Positions 39,998 through 50,441 are shown, counted from the stretch's first letter. The stretch: DNA of 64,000 bases from Bacilli bacterium (GCA_024408655.1 JAKSUV010000001.1:5544-69543); one strand, 5' to 3'. The notes: generated by a model from the letters alone, not told the origin. Translations and numbers: made by a program.

Positions 39998-40684
39998 TTA
40001 CTTCTTCTTGCCTTTCTTTTTGGCAGGAGTTTTCTTAGCCACAGGTTTCTTTTTCGTAGGCGCTTTCTTAGCAGCAACTTTCTTTACAGAAGCCTTCTTC
40101 GCTACTGGCTTTTTGGTGGCTTTTTTAGCCACAGGTTTCTTTGCTATTGGCTTCTTGACTGTCGCTTTTTTTACGGTAGGTTGTTTTTTCACCACTGGTT
40201 TAGCAGCCGGCTTAACAGTCGCCGTAGGCGCTGCTTTCATCATAACTGGTGTTGGCTTTTTCACAGTTACGTGAAGCGCCTTACCATCACGATAAATGAA
40301 GCAGACTAAAATTATTTTTAATATTGCAAATACGAGTGGGAATAAAATAACAAAATTATTGAATTCATCTAAGTATTGCCACGCATCCGTTAAGACAAAA
40401 AGGATAAGAACGCAGGCCACCACAACAATAGTAGACGTGACTAGGCTTAACGCTAAATGGCGAGCCTTGTAATTACGAGCCCGATGTGCTTTTACACTAA
40501 AGATAATCTCGTCCATAATGATGAGAAGCAAAAGAACAACTAATGCGACAGTAAGTATTAGATATTTAACAAAGCTTTTTCGACTTGGATCAAGATCAAA
40601 GCCATATTCGTAAATGCCATAACCAGCAGCCGCCATGCATAGCACATTAGCGACATGAACAATAATTGACCTAATTAGTTTCAT
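39998..40684 (-). CDS. Membrane protein (4-5 TM) with an approximately 85-aa histone-H1-like Lys/Ala/Pro-rich C-terminal tail
   Basis: The N-terminal 140 aa are hydrophobic. The tail reads KPAAKPVVKKQPTVKKATVKKPIAKKPVAKKATKKPVAKKASVKKVAAKKAPTKKKPVAKKTPAKKKGKKK. An exact 18-nt DNA repeat occurs at 40035-40052 and 40125-40142. Confidence 0.65.
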   Translation of the reverse strand: MKLIRSIIVHVANVLCMAAAGYGIYEYGFDLDPSRKSFVKYLILTVALVVLLLLIIMDEIIFSVKAHRARNYKARHLALSLVTSTIVVVACVLILFVLTDAWQYLDEFNNFVILFPLVFAILKIILVCFIYRDGKALHVTVKKPTPVMMKAAPTATVKPAAKPVVKKQPTVKKATVKKPIAKKPVAKKATKKPVAKKASVKKVAAKKAPTKKKPVAKKTPAKKKGKKK

Positions 40685-40700
40685 TGTTTTTCTCCTTTAA

Positions 40701-43352
40701 TTACTTCTTCTTTTTCGCTTGGGCGCGTTTCGCCTTGATGGCGGCTTGCGCAGCAGCTAGTCTAGCGACAGGGACACGGAATGGTGAGCAGCTCACATAA
40801 TCAAGTCCGACATTATGGAAGAACTCGATACTCACTGGATCGCCACCATGTTCGCCACACACACCGAAGTGCATAGTCTTATTAACCTTCTTACCGGCTT
40901 TAACGGCCATATCGATGAGTTTACCAACACCGTGTTGGTCAACGCTTGCGAATGGATCTTGTTCAAAGATCTTCGCGTCATAATAATCAGGTAAGAACTT
41001 ACCAGCATCATCACGGCTAAAGCCATAAGTCATTTGGGTTAAGTCGTTGGTGCCAAAGCTGAAGAATTTACTTTCTTTTGCAATTTCATCAGCGAGTAAG
41101 GCGGCCCGTGGAATTTCAATCATGTTACCAATTTGGACATTGAGCTTTTGTCCACTCTTTTTGATGATTTCGTCGGCAGTGGATTTAATGATATCCCGGA
41201 CTAATCTAAATTCTTTTACATCTAAGATTAACGGAATCATGATTTCGCAAGTTAATGGTTTCTTTAACTTCTTTTGTGCTTCTAAGGCCGCTTCAATAAT
41301 CGCGGTGGCTTGCATCTTACCAATTTCGGGATAAGAGACGTCAAGCCGGCAGCCACGGTGACCCATCATAGGGTTAAATTCGTGGAGAGCATCGATGCGT
41401 GACTTGATTTGACCAACTGATAAATTAAGAGCCTTCGCTAATTCTTCAATCTTTTCTTCCTCTTGTGGTAAGAATTCATGAAGTGGTGGGTCTAAAAGAC
41501 GGATATTAACATTCTTGCCATTCATCGCAAGGTAGAGTTCATAGAAGTCTTTCTTTTGGAAAGGTAATAAACTCGCGAGCGCTTCTCTACGCGCTTCGTG
41601 GTTATCACTTAAAATCATCTTCCGCATATGGAAGATTCGATCTTCGGCAAAGAACATATGCTCAGTTCGGCATAGACCGATACCTTCAGCACCAAACTTC
41701 GCCGCTTGAATCGCGTCGCGTGGCGTATCCGCGTTCGCTCTAACTTTTAAAGTCCGCGCTTTGTCTGCCCATTCCATTAAGCGACCAAAGTAGCCACTTA
41801 AACTTGGTTCAACGGTTTTAATCGCGCCGATATAGACGTTACCAGTGGAGCCATCAACGGAGATGGTATCCTTATCGGTATATTTTTGACCATTAATCGT
41901 GACGGTCCGTTTTTCTTCATCAATTTTGGCACCGCTACAACCAGCAACGCAGCATTTACCCATACCACGAGCAACAACCGCCGCATGGCTTGTCATACCA
42001 CCGCGCATGGTAAGAATCGCTTCTGAACTCACCATACCGACGATATCTTCGGGTGAAGTTTCTGCACGGCAAAGGACGACTTTCTCGCCTTTCTTATGAC
42101 GGGCTTCAGCTTCTTCAGCGGTGAAACAGATCTTACCAGTACCAGCACCAGGAGAAGCCGGTAAACCAACGACGGCTGGTGTTAATTTCTTTAACGCGGC
42201 TTGATCAAAGCCGGGGTGTAATAAGGTATTAAGCGCGTTAGGTTCAACACGTAACACCGCTTCTTCTTTTGAGATAACGCCTTCATCGACTAAGTCACAG
42301 GCAATCTTTAAAGCCGCACCGGCGGTTCTCTTACCGTTCCGGGTTTGTAAGAAGTAGAGTTTACCATCTTCGACGGTAAATTCCATATCTTGCATGTCTT
42401 TATAGTGGGCTTCCATCTTCTTGATGGTGTCCATGAATTGTTTATAGACGCCAGGCATTCTCGCTTTTAATTCTTCGATATGAAGTGGTGTACGAATACC
42501 GGCAACCACGTCTTCACCTTGAGCGTTTGGTAAATATTCCGCGAACACTTTCTTTTCACCAGTCGCAGGCGAACGGGAGAAAGCAACGCCAGTACCAGAA
42601 GTGTCACCTTTGTTACCAAAGGCCATGGATTGGACGTTCACCGCGGTACCCCATTCATAAGGAATATTATTCATCTTACGGTAGACGTTCGCTCTTGGGT
42701 TATCCCAGCTTCTAAAGACCGCCGCGATGGCTTCAATGAGTTGTACTTTAGGATCAGCGGGGAAGCTCTCGTGGAAGACTTCTTTATAATAAAGTTTATA
42801 TTGAACAATTAATTGACGGAGTTCTTCAGCGGTCACTTCCGTATCTAACCGATAGCCTCTCTTTTCTTTTAATTCATCAAGCATCTTGTCCATTTCGGTT
42901 CTCGGATGACCTTTGGCGATGTTAGTGAACATTAAGATAAACCGACGATAGCAGTCATAAGCGAAACGGTCATTACCGGTTTCGTCAGCTAACGCTGTTA
43001 CGGTGTTATCATTTAAACCTAAGTTTAAGATGGTATCCATCATCCCAGGCATACTTTGCCGTGCGCCACTCCGAACACTCACAAGTAGTGGATTATGGTC
43101 GCCACCAAATTGTTTTCCGGTTTCTTTTTCAAGCCGTGCGATATTCGCAAAAATATCTTTGACTAAGAATTCAGGAATCTTTTTCTTTGATTCGTAGTAA
43201 AGGGTGCACGCTTCAGTGGTAATCGTAAATCCTTGTGGGATAGGAATACCAACGTGGGTCATTTCGGCAAGACCCGCACCCTTGCCGCCTAAAAGTTCTT
43301 TACCTAAACCATAGGCTTCTTTGAAGTTATAGACATAACGTTTGTTAGCCAT
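40701..43352 (-). CDS. ppdK: Pyruvate, phosphate dikinase
   Basis: 883 aa. ATP-grasp N-terminus GGKGAGLAEM, phospho-His region RGGMTSHAAVVARG and a PEP-utilising TIM barrel (FSFGTNDLTQ). Confidence 0.95.
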   Translation of the reverse strand: MANKRYVYNFKEAYGLGKELLGGKGAGLAEMTHVGIPIPQGFTITTEACTLYYESKKKIPEFLVKDIFANIARLEKETGKQFGGDHNPLLVSVRSGARQSMPGMMDTILNLGLNDNTVTALADETGNDRFAYDCYRRFILMFTNIAKGHPRTEMDKMLDELKEKRGYRLDTEVTAEELRQLIVQYKLYYKEVFHESFPADPKVQLIEAIAAVFRSWDNPRANVYRKMNNIPYEWGTAVNVQSMAFGNKGDTSGTGVAFSRSPATGEKKVFAEYLPNAQGEDVVAGIRTPLHIEELKARMPGVYKQFMDTIKKMEAHYKDMQDMEFTVEDGKLYFLQTRNGKRTAGAALKIACDLVDEGVISKEEAVLRVEPNALNTLLHPGFDQAALKKLTPAVVGLPASPGAGTGKICFTAEEAEARHKKGEKVVLCRAETSPEDIVGMVSSEAILTMRGGMTSHAAVVARGMGKCCVAGCSGAKIDEEKRTVTINGQKYTDKDTISVDGSTGNVYIGAIKTVEPSLSGYFGRLMEWADKARTLKVRANADTPRDAIQAAKFGAEGIGLCRTEHMFFAEDRIFHMRKMILSDNHEARREALASLLPFQKKDFYELYLAMNGKNVNIRLLDPPLHEFLPQEEEKIEELAKALNLSVGQIKSRIDALHEFNPMMGHRGCRLDVSYPEIGKMQATAIIEAALEAQKKLKKPLTCEIMIPLILDVKEFRLVRDIIKSTADEIIKKSGQKLNVQIGNMIEIPRAALLADEIAKESKFFSFGTNDLTQMTYGFSRDDAGKFLPDYYDAKIFEQDPFASVDQHGVGKLIDMAVKAGKKVNKTMHFGVCGEHGGDPVSIEFFHNVGLDYVSCSPFRVPVARLAAAQAAIKAKRAQAKKKK

Positions 43353-43377
43353 CTTTTTTTCTCCTTAAAAAAATATT

Positions 43378-43393
43378 TGTGACATCAGTCACC
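43378..43393. promoter_or_regulatory. CRP/FNR-type palindrome TGTGA-N6-TCACC between ppdK and the divergent FGGY kinase gene
   Basis: Read directly as tgtgacatcagtcacc, 26 nt upstream of the ppdK start codon. It has one mismatch to TGTGA-N6-TCACA. Confidence 0.3.
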
Positions 43394-43488
43394 GTGTTAT
43401 TAGGATAACATAACTTAGCGATAATTAAAAATGTTTTTTCGATTTCTTATATAATATATAAGAGACAAATATTATTGCTAAACTATTT

Positions 43489-45057
43489 ATGAGTGAAAAA
43501 TTAATTCTCGCGATCGATATTGGTTCGCAATCGGCTCGGGCGGGCTTAGTAAACGCCCAAGGCCAAATCGTTGGTCTAGAAAAAGAAAAATATAATCCAC
43601 CATATATTTCTGAACATAAAGGCGAAGCGGTCCAAGACCCGGACTATTATTTCGCTTGTATTAAGAAGGTATTAACTCGTTTACATCAACATAAAGGCTC
43701 ACTTTTTAAACATATCGCTGGTGTCACACTGGATACGGTTCGTGATACCTCGGTAATCTTAGATGAACATTATCGTCCGCTCCATAAAACCATTCTTTGG
43801 ATGGATCAACGTTTAGCAAGCGGTTCCATGGATCACCGTCCGAAGTGGCACCGAACAGTTTTTCGTCTTTTAGGCATGGCGCCAACCATGAAACTAAATT
43901 TACGGAAGAGCATATCACTTTGGTACCGTGAAAATTGTCCTGATTTATGGGCCAAAATGAAACACTATGGCAATATTTCTTCTTATTTAACTTATAAATT
44001 AACGGGTGAGTGGGCGGATTCTCCCGCGAGCATTATTGGTCACTACCCACTTGATTTCCCGCGCTGTGCTTATTATAAAAGTGATAAAGCGATTAAGAAT
44101 TTCTTTGGCATTCCCTTATCCGCTCTACCGCGTTTAGTCCCCCAAGGCGAAGTGATTGGTAAAATCACCAACGCTTTAGCTAAAGAAGTTGGTCTACCAT
44201 TAGGTTTACCATTATTCTCTTGTGCTTCGGATAAAGCATGCGAAACATTAGGTGTTGGCGCTTTAACGAAAGACATTGCCGCGATTTCGTGTGGAACCGC
44301 GTCAACGGTGGAAGTAACCGTACCTCGCTATAAAGAATCTCAACCATTTTTACCGGCCTACCCGTTCGCGATTAAAGACTACTTTAATATGGATGTCCAG
44401 ATATATCGCGGTTATTGGATGCTCAATTGGTTTGTTGAATACTTCTGTCGCTTTGATATTAAGACGGATGAGCAACTATTAGAAATCCTTGATTCATTCA
44501 ATAAACAAATGATGAAGATTCCAGCCGGTAGTGATGGCTTAATCTTACAAGCCTATTGGCAACCCGGCTTAGATCGTCCATTTGCGCGTGGAGCGATTAT
44601 TGGCTTCTCGGATTTACACACGAGTGTTCATTTCTATCGCGCGATTATTGAAGGCATTGCGTTTGCCTTAAGGGAAGCGCTTGAATCTTTTGAAAGACGT
44701 AATCACCGCAAAGTGAAAGAAATACGGATTTCAGGTGGTGGTTCTCAATCGGATGAAATTTGCCAAATTACCGCGGATATGTTCGGTGTGCCAGTCGCCC
44801 GTGTTCAAACATTTGAAACAAGTTTATTAGGCGCAGGTGTTGTTGGTTTCTTAGCGATTAAAGAATTCGCGAATCCAAAAGAGGCGGTCGCCGCGATGGT
44901 GCATAAATCCACGGTATTTAAGCCCCGTGCCCATGAACATAAAATCTATGACTCAATCTTCTATAACGGTTATTTAAAGATTTATCCACGCTTAAAACCG
45001 ATTCACCGTAATTCGGATAAATTTATTGATCACGATTCCCAAAAAGAAATTCGTTAG
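43489..45057 (+). CDS. FGGY-family carbohydrate kinase
   Basis: N-terminal LAIDIGSQSARAG and C-terminal ISGGGSQSDEICQITADMFG motifs. 522 aa. The sugar specificity is unknown. Confidence 0.8.
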   Translation: MSEKLILAIDIGSQSARAGLVNAQGQIVGLEKEKYNPPYISEHKGEAVQDPDYYFACIKKVLTRLHQHKGSLFKHIAGVTLDTVRDTSVILDEHYRPLHKTILWMDQRLASGSMDHRPKWHRTVFRLLGMAPTMKLNLRKSISLWYRENCPDLWAKMKHYGNISSYLTYKLTGEWADSPASIIGHYPLDFPRCAYYKSDKAIKNFFGIPLSALPRLVPQGEVIGKITNALAKEVGLPLGLPLFSCASDKACETLGVGALTKDIAAISCGTASTVEVTVPRYKESQPFLPAYPFAIKDYFNMDVQIYRGYWMLNWFVEYFCRFDIKTDEQLLEILDSFNKQMMKIPAGSDGLILQAYWQPGLDRPFARGAIIGFSDLHTSVHFYRAIIEGIAFALREALESFERRNHRKVKEIRISGGGSQSDEICQITADMFGVPVARVQTFETSLLGAGVVGFLAIKEFANPKEAVAAMVHKSTVFKPRAHEHKIYDSIFYNGYLKIYPRLKPIHRNSDKFIDHDSQKEIR

Positions 45058-45755
45058 CGAAGATATTGTTCAAGCATTTTAATTTGCTCTTCTTTTAATT
45101 CGTAATATTCACCTGGTTGGCAGTTTTGAATTGTTAAATTAGCGAACTCATCCCGGTGCAAAGCAATAACTTCGTAATGAAAAGCGCGCATCATTCTTTT
45201 CACTTGATGGTATTTACCTTCGGTTAATTCAAGCGTTGCTTCTCGTGCATTTTTAATAATTAATTTAGCGGGACGACAAACTTCATTATTTTCGAGTTTG
45301 ACACCTTGCTTAAAGGCTTCCACTAATGAGGCATCTAGATCTTTATCAACGGTAAGTGAATAAACTTTTTTCACATTCGATTTTGGACTAATGAGAAAGT
45401 GAGCGAGTTTACCATTGTTGGTAATTAATAGTACACCGGTGGTATCTTTATCTAAACGACCAACATGGGTGAGACCTTTAATATTTAAGTCTTCAAAGAA
45501 ACTTAACACCGTGGGATATCTTTCGTCCGTATTAGCGCTCACATAACCTTGTGGTTTATTGATGACGAAATAGTAAAAGTCCTTATATTTCATGGTTTTC
45601 CCATCGACTTTGACAACATCTACATAAGGATTAATTTGGTGTTTAGCTTCGGTTATAACAACGTCATTAACTTGAACGCGATGATCTTTTAAAATACGTT
45701 TTGTTTCACTTCGTGAAGCTAAGCCAATGTTACTTAAATATTTATCGATGCGCAT
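45054..45755 (-). CDS. RsuA/RluB-family rRNA pseudouridine synthase
   Basis: The S4 domain reads MRIDKYLSNIGLASRSE and the catalytic motif is HVGRLDKDTTGVLL. The start is set at the internal ATG matching the family N-terminus. Confidence 0.85.
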   Translation of the reverse strand: MRIDKYLSNIGLASRSETKRILKDHRVQVNDVVITEAKHQINPYVDVVKVDGKTMKYKDFYYFVINKPQGYVSANTDERYPTVLSFFEDLNIKGLTHVGRLDKDTTGVLLITNNGKLAHFLISPKSNVKKVYSLTVDKDLDASLVEAFKQGVKLENNEVCRPAKLIIKNAREATLELTEGKYHQVKRMMRAFHYEVIALHRDEFANLTIQNCQPGEYYELKEEQIKMLEQYLR

Positions 45756-46626
45756 GCTTTCGACCGTATAAAGAGAGGGCGTAGCTACCAACAAAGGCAA
45801 GGATTAATAAAACAAAGCCAAGTATCCATTCCCACATCGCAATACCTTTTTCGTAATAGGCCATCATATCGTGGTTATAGAAGAGCGAGAAAATTGATCC
45901 CGCGACTAAACCAATAAGCCAAATATAAGTTTGGGTGGGCACTTTCGAGAATAAATATTTCATTAAGCGCGAAAAACAAATCATCCCCAGAATAACACCG
46001 ATAGCCATACACACTAAAACGCCTAATGCCGGGCCAAACGCTTTGCCTTCACCAAACATCCCAAGGATTTGGGTATAGAAACCTAAGACGAGTAGCATCA
46101 TTGAACCAGAGATACCCGGTACAACAATACCCGCGGCCGCTAAAAAGCCAATTGGAATGATGATTAAATAAACTGGCCACTTAATCGTGGGGTTAAAGAG
46201 CGAACTAACATCTAAACCACAATGATAAGAGAGTAAGCCAAAGCTCATTCCACCTAAAATCGCGAGTAATAAATAAATAATGTAACGCTTTTTTAAGGGT
46301 TGATGGCGGACATTATCAGTGACTTCAGGAAGACTACCAATCATACTCCCAGCGAAGAGACAAACGATTGCAAAGAGAACATGCTGTGTTGCTAATTTAA
46401 GGGGAACCCACATGGCGACAATCGCGATGGCAACACCAATACCAATTGGAATAAGAGCTTTAAAAGAGGGCCAAAACTTTTTCGCTAACGAAGAGACATT
46501 AGTAATGAGTTTATCGTAAACTTTGGTGACAAAAGCAATCGTCGCGGCACTCACACCAGGAATTAAAAGTGCGGTCCCAATTAAGAATCCCTTCAGGGCA
46601 TCAATCAGTGTATCTTTAAATTTCAT
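45742..46626 (-). CDS. DUF368-family membrane protein (undecaprenyl-phosphate translocase-like)
   Basis: GFLIGTALLIPGVSAATIAF and a second PGISGSMMLLVLG repeat are typical of DUF368. About 8 TM. Confidence 0.7.
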   Translation of the reverse strand: MKFKDTLIDALKGFLIGTALLIPGVSAATIAFVTKVYDKLITNVSSLAKKFWPSFKALIPIGIGVAIAIVAMWVPLKLATQHVLFAIVCLFAGSMIGSLPEVTDNVRHQPLKKRYIIYLLLAILGGMSFGLLSYHCGLDVSSLFNPTIKWPVYLIIIPIGFLAAAGIVVPGISGSMMLLVLGFYTQILGMFGEGKAFGPALGVLVCMAIGVILGMICFSRLMKYLFSKVPTQTYIWLIGLVAGSIFSLFYNHDMMAYYEKGIAMWEWILGFVLLILAFVGSYALSLYGRKHAHR

Positions 46627-46656
46627 TACAAAAATAATATACTATTTTTGAGCATT

Positions 46657-47202
46657 ATGAAAACGGTAATTTACTACTATTCAAAGACCGGTCACACGAA
46701 AGCCTATGCCTTCTCCTTATCACAACGATTAGAAAACGTTGATGTGTTTAAAGTGAAACAAATGAGACGAAGAGTGATGAAACAATACGACACAATTATT
46801 TTTATGTCACCAGTACATGGTAACCGCATTAAATATGTCGAAAAGTTTTTAAAACATTACCCCAAAATTAAAGAGAAGAATTTGTTTATTGTCGCAGTGG
46901 GGATGCAACCCGCTACTAGTGAAAGACGCGAAACCTTAATTACCGTGAATTTATTAGATGAATATCATATTCGTCTTTATGAATTAATGGGTGGATTTGA
47001 TATTAATAAATTACCCTGGATTCTGCGGAAATTAATGAAGATTGGCCTTAAGGCGGCAATGAGTAAAGATGATTCTTTAAAAGCCCAACAAGACCAAGTT
47101 AATAGCTTTCTCAAATTCCCTTTCGAGTATAATGATATTAATGGTATTGAACGGATATTAAATAAACTGCATGAATTAGATCGAGCGAGTAAAGTAATAT
47201 GA
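46657..47202 (+). CDS. Flavodoxin-like domain protein
   Basis: MKTVIYYYSKTGHTKAYA is a flavodoxin-type phosphate-binding N-terminus. The ATG is chosen over the TTG used by the track. Confidence 0.6.
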   Translation: MKTVIYYYSKTGHTKAYAFSLSQRLENVDVFKVKQMRRRVMKQYDTIIFMSPVHGNRIKYVEKFLKHYPKIKEKNLFIVAVGMQPATSERRETLITVNLLDEYHIRLYELMGGFDINKLPWILRKLMKIGLKAAMSKDDSLKAQQDQVNSFLKFPFEYNDINGIERILNKLHELDRASKVI

Positions 47203-47750
47203 AATTAATTGTTGGATTAGGTAACCCCGGTAAAGAATATGAACATACACGTCATAACATGGGTTTTGATACGCTAGATTTATTAAATAAGACTTTAAAG
47301 ATTGATCTAAATAAAGAAGGCTTCAAAGGCTTATATGGTAAAGGTAAATATCACGACGAAGATATTGTGTTATTAAAACCATTAACTTTAATGAATCTGA
47401 GTGGTGAAGCGGTGCAAGCGTTAATGGCATTCTTTAAAATTAAACAAGATGATTTATTAGTGATTAGTGATGATATGGCGTTACCGCCTGGCAAGATTCG
47501 TTTAAGAGAAAACGGTAGTAGCGGTGGCCATAAGGGCATTCAAAACATTATCGATAATCTTAGTAGTAACGAATTTAAACGTTTAAGAATCGGCATTGGT
47601 GAACCAAAATTCAATTCAATTAATTTTGTTTTATCTCGTCCAACGGGCGAAGAATTAAAACTAATTCAAGGGGCGATTCAAAAAGCGAGTGAAGCCATCC
47701 TTGATTATTTAGATCATAATTTCCACCACGCGATGAGCAAATTTAATTAA
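47199..47750 (+). CDS. pth: Peptidyl-tRNA hydrolase
   Basis: LIVGLGNPGKEYEHTRHNMGF and GHKGIQN motifs. 183 aa. Confidence 0.95.
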   Translation: MKLIVGLGNPGKEYEHTRHNMGFDTLDLLNKTLKIDLNKEGFKGLYGKGKYHDEDIVLLKPLTLMNLSGEAVQALMAFFKIKQDDLLVISDDMALPPGKIRLRENGSSGGHKGIQNIIDNLSSNEFKRLRIGIGEPKFNSINFVLSRPTGEELKLIQGAIQKASEAILDYLDHNFHHAMSKFN

Positions 47751-47880
47751 CCTAATACCTATCAAGCAAAAGTGCTTATTTACTCCACGAAGGCTGTAGT
47801 TTTTTGTTTCTATAATAAGGTAAAATGATTATGTAACAGCCTATGACTATGATAGGTTGATACCACTTTAGGAGGTAGAT

Positions 47881-49056
47881 ATGAAACTTAAACATTTAAT
47901 TATCTTTGCATTAGCAATGCCGTTAATCGGTTGTAACAAAAATGTTGATGTTATTGATGTTGCAAGTTATGTAGATACCTCTGGCCAACATGATTGTAGT
48001 GATAAAATCCAAGAATTAATCAATAATAATCCGCACCGTACTTTATATTTTAAAGACGGTATCTATTTACTTGATCATCAAATTTTAACACCAGGAAATC
48101 CCGCTAAATCGGTGGATTTACAATTATCTAATTATGCAATTTTGAAAGCGAGTGATAAATATCAAGTGGAGCGTACTGGTGATTGGGAAGAATGGCAAGA
48201 TCAATATTTATATATGGTATCATTAGGTGGTTTGGACCGTGACAATGATGTACTTACTCCCGGCAGTGTTTATTCATTAACGGGTGGAATTATTGATGGC
48301 AGTGGAAGAGCAGCTGGAGTTGAAATCGCCGGTGGGCGCGAAACGCGTGTCCAAAACGTTTCGATGAAGGGCGTCCAAGTTGGTTTAAGGATTGCGAAAG
48401 GAGTTAATAGCGGTTCTAGTGACGCTGACATTCGTGATATAAGTATTATTTGTAATGATGATAAAGAATCATATGGTTTAATTCTTCAAGGTAGTGATAA
48501 CACCGCCACAAATATTCGAATTGGCCATGTTACTCACGGGGTATACACGAATGGTGGAAGCAATCTATTAAGTTATGTTCATCCACTACATAATGGTAAT
48601 TGCTTAACAGAAAACTACGATGAGTCGGTCGGCTTTGAAATTGATAATTATACGCAACTAAACAATTGTTATAGTGATAATTTTAGAATTGCATACAAGA
48701 TGCACGACTCCCACGCTTTCTTAACCGATTGCATTGCGTGGTGGTTTAATCCGAAGAGTGGCGATAACGCCCAATACGCAATTTATAAGGCGGAAAGTGA
48801 ATTTAACGCAACGTTTAATAATTTTGCAATTGGTTGTAAAGAAGTCGAAGACATTCTAGAAGAAAAATATCCACATATTATGTTTAAAGATAAAAGTATA
48901 ACTACTGACACGGGTATTGGTACTATTCATAATGTTCATGCTAGAAACAGAAGTTATATTAAAGATATCAAAAGTGAAGGGGCAGATTACATTCCTGAGC
49001 CAGATTCTCTTCTTGCAAAATACGCCAAAGGTGAAACTATTTACGATTATAAATAA
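47881..49056 (+). CDS. Lipoprotein with a predicted right-handed beta-helix (pectate-lyase/tailspike-like) domain
   Basis: The signal peptide and lipobox read ALAMPLIGC. DCSDKIQELIN...LYFKDGIYLL resembles the N-terminal cap of Pectate_lyase_3-type beta-helices, and G/N-rich turns repeat through the protein. Confidence 0.55.
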   Translation: MKLKHLIIFALAMPLIGCNKNVDVIDVASYVDTSGQHDCSDKIQELINNNPHRTLYFKDGIYLLDHQILTPGNPAKSVDLQLSNYAILKASDKYQVERTGDWEEWQDQYLYMVSLGGLDRDNDVLTPGSVYSLTGGIIDGSGRAAGVEIAGGRETRVQNVSMKGVQVGLRIAKGVNSGSSDADIRDISIICNDDKESYGLILQGSDNTATNIRIGHVTHGVYTNGGSNLLSYVHPLHNGNCLTENYDESVGFEIDNYTQLNNCYSDNFRIAYKMHDSHAFLTDCIAWWFNPKSGDNAQYAIYKAESEFNATFNNFAIGCKEVEDILEEKYPHIMFKDKSITTDTGIGTIHNVHARNRSYIKDIKSEGADYIPEPDSLLAKYAKGETIYDYK

Positions 49057-49250
49057 TCTAGGTCTTTTGTAGATCGGTTTGATTAAAACACTATGTCAAG
49101 GGTTTTTGTTTAAAAAGTTGCCTGTTTTTAATATTTATACTAATGAGATTCTTTAAGTAAAAACAGGCAAAGAAAATAAATAAAAGAAAGTTCGCTTTTT
49201 TGGACATAAATGGGTTTATGATATAGGTGAAGAAATTAGGAGGAAAAATT

Positions 49251-50402
49251 ATGGCAAAAATTAAATGTCCCAAATGCGGTCATGTTTGGGAAGAAAACGC
49301 AGTGGATTTAAAACAATTCCAAGATGCAGTGAATCAAGCGGTGACTGAACGGAGCAAGATGATTGAAAAGAACACGGAGTTACTCATGCAGCAAAAATTT
49401 GAGAGACGAGTAACTGAATTACACGAGGAGATTGCTAAGTTATCAACCGAACTAATGAATAAAGAAAAAGATCATCGATTGGCGGTTCAACAAGCTACCC
49501 AAAAACGGGATGAAGAAATTCTTAAACTCAATAACGACTTAAAACTTAAATCGCAAGAAGCAGCGTTAAATATTAAAACCATCAAAGAACAATACCAAAA
49601 CGAATTAAAAGGGAAGGACGCTGAAATTGCTTTCTTTAAGGATTTTAAAGCCCGTATGTCAACGAAACTAGTTGGCGAAACCTTAGAGCAACATTGCATG
49701 AATGAATTTAATAAACTTCGTACAAGCGCATTCCCTCATGCCTATTTTGAAAAAGATAATGATGTGAGTAAAACGAGCGGATCAAAAGGTGATTTTATTT
49801 TCCGTGATTCAGTTGATGGCCAAGAATACATTTCGATTATGTTTGAAATGAAAAACGAAAGTGATACGACCGCTACTAAACATAAAAACGAAGACTTCTT
49901 TAAGGAACTTGATAAAGACCGGAAAGAAAAACATTGTGAGTACGCTGTTTTAGTATCGATGCTAGAACCCGATAGTGAATTATATAACGCGGGAATTACT
50001 GATGTCTCTTACCGTTATCCTAAGATGTATGTGATTCGTCCTCAATGTTTCATTGCGATGATTACTTTACTCGCAAATGCCGCGAAGAACTCTTTAGAAT
50101 ATCAACGTCAATTAGTGGAAATCAAAAATCAAAATATTGATATCGCTAATTTTGAAGATCGCCTCTTAGATTTCCAAGAAAAATTCTCTTCAAATTATCA
50201 ACGCGCTGGTGAAAAATTTGCGAAAGCGATTGAAGAAATCGATAAAACCATTGATCACCTCCAAAAAGTGAAAGAAGGCTTAATTAGTTCAGAACGGAAT
50301 CTTCGTTTAGCCAACGATAAAGCCCAAGACATTACGATTCGGAAACTCACTCATAACAATCCGACGATGAAACAAAAGTTCGCGGAACTTGATAAAAAAT
50401 AA
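49251..50402 (+). CDS. DUF2130-like protein: N-terminal zinc-ribbon-like CPKCG, long coiled coil, C-terminal PD-(D/E)xK-like nuclease motif
   Basis: [13 protein letters not shown]. About 130 aa of heptad-rich sequence follows. GDFIFRD...FEMKNE matches a D...ExK signature. The start is set at the ATG behind AGGAGG. Confidence 0.6.
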   Translation: MAKIKCPKCGHVWEENAVDLKQFQDAVNQAVTERSKMIEKNTELLMQQKFERRVTELHEEIAKLSTELMNKEKDHRLAVQQATQKRDEEILKLNNDLKLKSQEAALNIKTIKEQYQNELKGKDAEIAFFKDFKARMSTKLVGETLEQHCMNEFNKLRTSAFPHAYFEKDNDVSKTSGSKGDFIFRDSVDGQEYISIMFEMKNESDTTATKHKNEDFFKELDKDRKEKHCEYAVLVSMLEPDSELYNAGITDVSYRYPKMYVIRPQCFIAMITLLANAAKNSLEYQRQLVEIKNQNIDIANFEDRLLDFQEKFSSNYQRAGEKFAKAIEEIDKTIDHLQKVKEGLISSERNLRLANDKAQDITIRKLTHNNPTMKQKFAELDKK

Positions 50403-50441
50403 TATTTTTTAATTTATTAAAAATACGCTATACTTTTATTG

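Noticed and set aside
49091-49273. 60-aa hydrophobic minus-strand ORF between the beta-helix lipoprotein and DUF2130-like genes
   Set aside because: It would start inside the DUF2130-like coding region, has no SD, and its hydrophobicity is what an AT-rich frame produces (Phe/Ile/Asn/Lys). It spans the large-loop hairpin that is reported separately.
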